A stretch of 64,000 bases of DNA from Macrostomum hystrix (lineage: Eukaryota; Animalia; Platyhelminthes). The notes beneath the pieces are model-generated. The model had not been told where the DNA came from. It saw nothing but the letters and a program-made list of their open reading frames with translations, and did not search any database. The stretch covers positions 2,542,001 to 2,606,000 of the forward strand of contig CATNEN010000010.1 of assembly GCA_950097015.1 (NCBI GenBank), given 5' to 3'. Of this stretch, positions 60,594 through 64,000 are shown in pieces. Position 1 is the first letter of the stretch, and the number at the start of each line of letters is the position of its first letter. A program made the translations under genes and the position numbers.

Positions 60594-62135
60594 ATGCCGC
60601 TGAACCGATGCTCAGGCAGACGCCTATCTTCGGCCTCCGTCGATCATTTCGCCCGGAAACGTCGGCGCGATATTTCTCCGACACTAACGCCGACACTGGC
60701 AAAGCGAAGTCGCCGCATTCAGCAGCGGCAGCAGCAGCCAGAGCTGCATGCGCTAAGCCTAGAAGACCTGCCGACGGAGCTGCAGTTTCGCATCCTGGCC
60801 TCCACCCACCTGAACGTCGACGACCTCGGCCGGCTCGCTTGCGCCAGTCGCCGCTTACGCCACCTTGTCGGCTGCTTTGTGGATTCCGTTTACTCCAGCT
60901 GCCGGCCCCAGCCTCACCTGCCGACCGTCGCTGCCGCCGATAGCGACATCGCCAACTGCGTCGAACAATTTGGTCGCGCAGGCCGCCTGCTGAAGCGGCT
61001 CAGTTGCCCGGTTCCGCTGCCAGAGCGGCTGCGTCTGCTGCGCCGTTGCCTCCTGCCCGCTTGCTCCGCCGCCGCTGAGCCCGACGCCTCGCTGCGTCGG
61101 ATGCGCGCCCTGTACTCGGCCGCTGGCAGAATGACCTCCGAGTTTACCGCTGGCTGGCCTCAGCGCTGGTTGGACTGCGTCGGCTTCCTGCTGCTCCGCC
61201 TGTTCTCTCCTGCTGAGAGGGGCGCGCGGCCGACTGCGTCGCTGCTGGCTGTGGCTCGTCGAGCCACCTCCGCCGGCCTGGCCGCTGCCTCCTTCGAGGA
61301 CTCGCGCGTGCGCCTGTTCGTCCGCCACCTGCTGCTGGCCGGCGGCGACCCCTCCGACAAGCTGCAGCGCTGGCGCCGCCTCGGCTGCCTGCTGACCTCC
61401 TGGCCAGACCAGCCAGCGGCCTGGCTGCTGTTCTCCGCCTTCGGCCCCGTGTTCGAAGGCCGCATCATGTGGCGCGACATGTCCCGCAGCACCGCGGCCA
61501 ACGCCGCCCAGATACACGCCTGCTTCGGCGAGCTGGGCGCAGCCTTGCGCGGCCTGCAGCAGGCCGGCCAATTGAGGCGCCGGCTGCCCCGCCTATTCAA
61601 CGCGCTGACCAGCTTGCCAGTCCGCTGGCTGTCCGAGAACACCGCCTGCCTGCTGTTCACTTCCGGCAGCCATGTCGTCCGCCTGCTACTGTCCGAGAAG
61701 GCCCGACACGTGCCGGACCGCAATGGCAACGACAATGGCCTGGTCATGCTGCTGACTTCGCTCTGCCTGGTGTCGGTGAAGGCCGGTCAGCCGTTCTGCC
61801 AGGTCACCCGCCTGCTGCGAGTGGCGCTGACCGCCGTCCCTGACGGTGAGCAGCGGCTTCGGCTTGTCGAGTCTTTCGGCGACAGCTTCAAATCGGTCAT
61901 GGCTGAGCTGTACGAGAGCGAGGGTCTGGAGGATCGGCTGGAGGATTTCTGCACCCTCCTGCAGGCCCAGGCTGAGCTGACCAAGGCCCTGCTGCGACTG
62001 CTGCTGCTGCCGCGCCTGTGGCGCTCCTCTAGCCGAAGCCTCTCCAAGCTCAGCCAGCGTCCCGTGGTGGCCGCACACCGTCGTCAGATGTCACAGTGGC
62101 GTCGATGGGCCCGATGGCTGGGTCGCGAGGAGTGA
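60594..62135 (+). CDS. FBXO47: F-box protein, FBXO47-like, single long exon
   Basis: F-box LEDLPTELQFRILAS..LNVDDLGRLACASRRLRHLV. The C-terminal FGPV...IMWRDM and WLSENTACLLFTSG resemble FBXO47-family motifs as I recall them. The extreme C-terminus may be spliced differently. Confidence 0.72.
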   Translation: MPLNRCSGRRLSSASVDHFARKRRRDISPTLTPTLAKRSRRIQQRQQQPELHALSLEDLPTELQFRILASTHLNVDDLGRLACASRRLRHLVGCFVDSVYSSCRPQPHLPTVAAADSDIANCVEQFGRAGRLLKRLSCPVPLPERLRLLRRCLLPACSAAAEPDASLRRMRALYSAAGRMTSEFTAGWPQRWLDCVGFLLLRLFSPAERGARPTASLLAVARRATSAGLAAASFEDSRVRLFVRHLLLAGGDPSDKLQRWRRLGCLLTSWPDQPAAWLLFSAFGPVFEGRIMWRDMSRSTAANAAQIHACFGELGAALRGLQQAGQLRRRLPRLFNALTSLPVRWLSENTACLLFTSGSHVVRLLLSEKARHVPDRNGNDNGLVMLLTSLCLVSVKAGQPFCQVTRLLRVALTAVPDGEQRLRLVESFGDSFKSVMAELYESEGLEDRLEDFCTLLQAQAELTKALLRLLLLPRLWRSSSRSLSKLSQRPVVAAHRRQMSQWRRWARWLGREE

Positions 62136-62144
62136 CCGCTGACA

Positions 62145-63117
62145 CTGGCAATTGTGTCAGACAGTGGGTTGCAGCTGTGTCAGACAGTGGGTTGCAGCTG
62201 TGTCAGACAATGGGTTGCAGCTGTTTTAGGCAATGGGTTGCAGCTGTGTCAGACAGTGGGTTGCAGATGTGTCAGACAATGGGTTGCAGCTGTTTTAGGC
62301 AATGGGTTGCAGATGTGTCAGACAATGGGTTGCAGCTGTTTTAGGCAATGGGTTGCAGCTGTGTCAGACAGTGGGTTGCAGCTGTGTCAGACAGTGGGTT
62401 GCAGCTGTGTCAGACAGTGGGTTGCAGATGTGTCAGACAATGGGTTGCAGCTGTTTTAGGCAATGGGTTGCAGATGTGTCAGACAATGGGTTGCAGCTGT
62501 TTTAGGCAATGGGTTGCAGCTGTGTCAGACAGTGGGTTGCAGCTGTGTCAGACAGTGGGTTGCAGCTGTGTCAGACAGTGGGTTGCAGCTGTGTCAGACA
62601 GTGGGTTGCAGATGTGTCAGACAATGGGTTGCAGCTGTGTTAGGCAATGGGTTGCAGCTGTGTCCGACAGTGGGTTGCAGATGTGTCAGACAATGGGTTG
62701 CAGCTGTGTCAGACAGTGGGTTGCAGATGTGTCAGACAATGGGTCGCAGCTGTGTCAGACAATGGGTTGCAGCTGTGTCAGACAGTGGGTTGCAGATGTG
62801 TCAGACAATGGGTTGCAGCTGTGTCAGACAGTGGGTTGCAGCTGTGTCAGACAGTGGGTTGCAGCTGTGTCAGACAGTGGGTTGCAGCTGTGTCAGACAG
62901 TGGGTTGCAGCTGTGTTAGGCAATGGGTTGCAGCTGTGTCAGACAGTGGGTTGCAGATGTGTCAGACAATGGGTTGCAGCTGTGTCAGACAGTGGGTTGC
63001 AGATGTGTCAGACAATGGGTTGCAGCTGTGTCAGACAGTGGGTTGCAGATGTGTCAGACAGTGGGTTGCAGATGTGTCAGACAATGGGTTGCAGCTGTGT
63101 CAGACAGTGGGTTGCAA
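62145..63117. repeat. 23-bp minisatellite (GTGTCAGACA[G/A]TGGGTTGCAG[C/A]T)
   Basis: About 42 copies starting about 10 nt after the FBXO47-like stop. Confidence 0.97.
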
Positions 63118-63948
63118 CTTTGGTCCAATTGTTTTTTTCCTGTTTGTTTTCAGAAATGCAGAGCAGACATTGATTTCAGCAGATTGTTGATGCAAATGTT
63201 TTGATTTTAAATAGTTTTGCCCTTGGTAAATCTGGAGTTCGAGAAGAGATCTCATTCTTATTGATTTTGAGCAGTCTCTCATTGTTTTTGCTGTGCTTCA
63301 CATCAGAAATCCCTCGGTTTTAGGCATTTCCCGGTTTTTGTTAATGCTAGCTGGCATTTTGTTTTTAGTATTTTAGCGGTTTTCTATTTCCGCATATTTT
63401 TCTATCGAAGTTGCTGTTTTAAAGCAACTCAGCATATGAGAAGAAACTGTGCTAATACTTAAAAGGCTTTTTGCTCGGCTCGTTTCGCCGTTTCTTGTTC
63501 CATTTTCGTTGCAATTTTCTCTTATTTTTTCTGCTAACTACTGAGATTTCTGCGAGCAGTAGTATGTTTAGTATAGTACATTGTGCTACCTTTGTTGGAT
63601 AGAAAGGCACATTTTTGCTAAAATAGAATATACACGCGAGCAAATTTCTGCCTTTTATGCAGCTTTTTGCCGATAACAGAGAAAGCAAACTCAAAGAGCT
63701 TCCTAATAATTGATTTTCCCAACGGGCTTGAGTGAGTAATGGGTTTAGTAAAAAAGGTTTATTCAAGTGCGTTCTCATCGCGTTCAAGGAAACTGAGCTG
63801 TCTTCAATTCAGTAAAGTGTAGATTCATTGAGTCCAGGAAGTGGGGCCAGTCGTGCCTAGATGTTGAGCAGTCGCCGAAAGCCAAGACAGTCGGCCGAAG
63901 CCGAGGCCTCGTCGGCGGCACTGGCGATAACAAATAGGCGCCACTCAC

Positions 63949-64000
63949 CATTGGTCATCGGCTTCCAGACCAGCTTGAGGCTGCGGGTGTGGGTGCTGGC
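63949..64000 (-). CDS. Exon fragment of an unidentified gene entering from the right edge
   Basis: GC3-rich ...ASTHTRSLKLVWKPMTN followed by the donor GTGAGT at 63948. No downstream exon was identified. Confidence 0.4.

Noticed and set aside
60855-62078. Long antisense ORFs over FBXO47-like (and similar ones over LRGUK, TEAD and the HMG-box gene)
   Set aside because: These are the expected shadow ORFs of GC3-rich coding sequence.

Overview
This is eukaryotic, intron-rich genomic DNA from a metazoan. GC-rich exons, short GT-AG introns, abundant minisatellites and splice acceptors just before start codons suggest a free-living flatworm such as Macrostomum; the species is my inference. The supplied ORF track ignores splicing and uses TTG/GTG starts, so I rebuilt genes by hand and checked exon phases. 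Well-supported genes, left to right: THUMPD1-like (+), LRGUK (-), V-ATPase subunit c'' ATP6V0B (-), a tandem Rdx/SelW-fold protein (+), a beta-propeller-like protein (+), a group III secreted phospholipase A2 (+), a claudin-like tetraspan protein (+), a 13-exon divergent ionotropic glutamate receptor (-), TEAD/scalloped (+), an HMG-box protein (+), MRPL43 (+) and an FBXO47-like F-box protein (+). An unidentified exon is cut by the right edge. Mobile DNA comprises two decayed IS630/Tc1-like transposase copies, a TA-flanked MITE with a central hairpin, a Merlin/ISXO2 remnant, a Penelope GIY-YIG remnant and a young tRNA-derived SINE with a 13-bp target-site duplication. About 20 unrelated tandem arrays occur, many starting just after splice donors. 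The best leads are the catalytically degenerate double-Rdx protein with a +1-frame tail, the receptor with an altered gating motif, the donor-adjacent gene-specific minisatellites, a satellite built on head-to-head telomeric hexamers, and a co-directional gene run that may be trans-spliced. No new system can be proven from this sequence alone.
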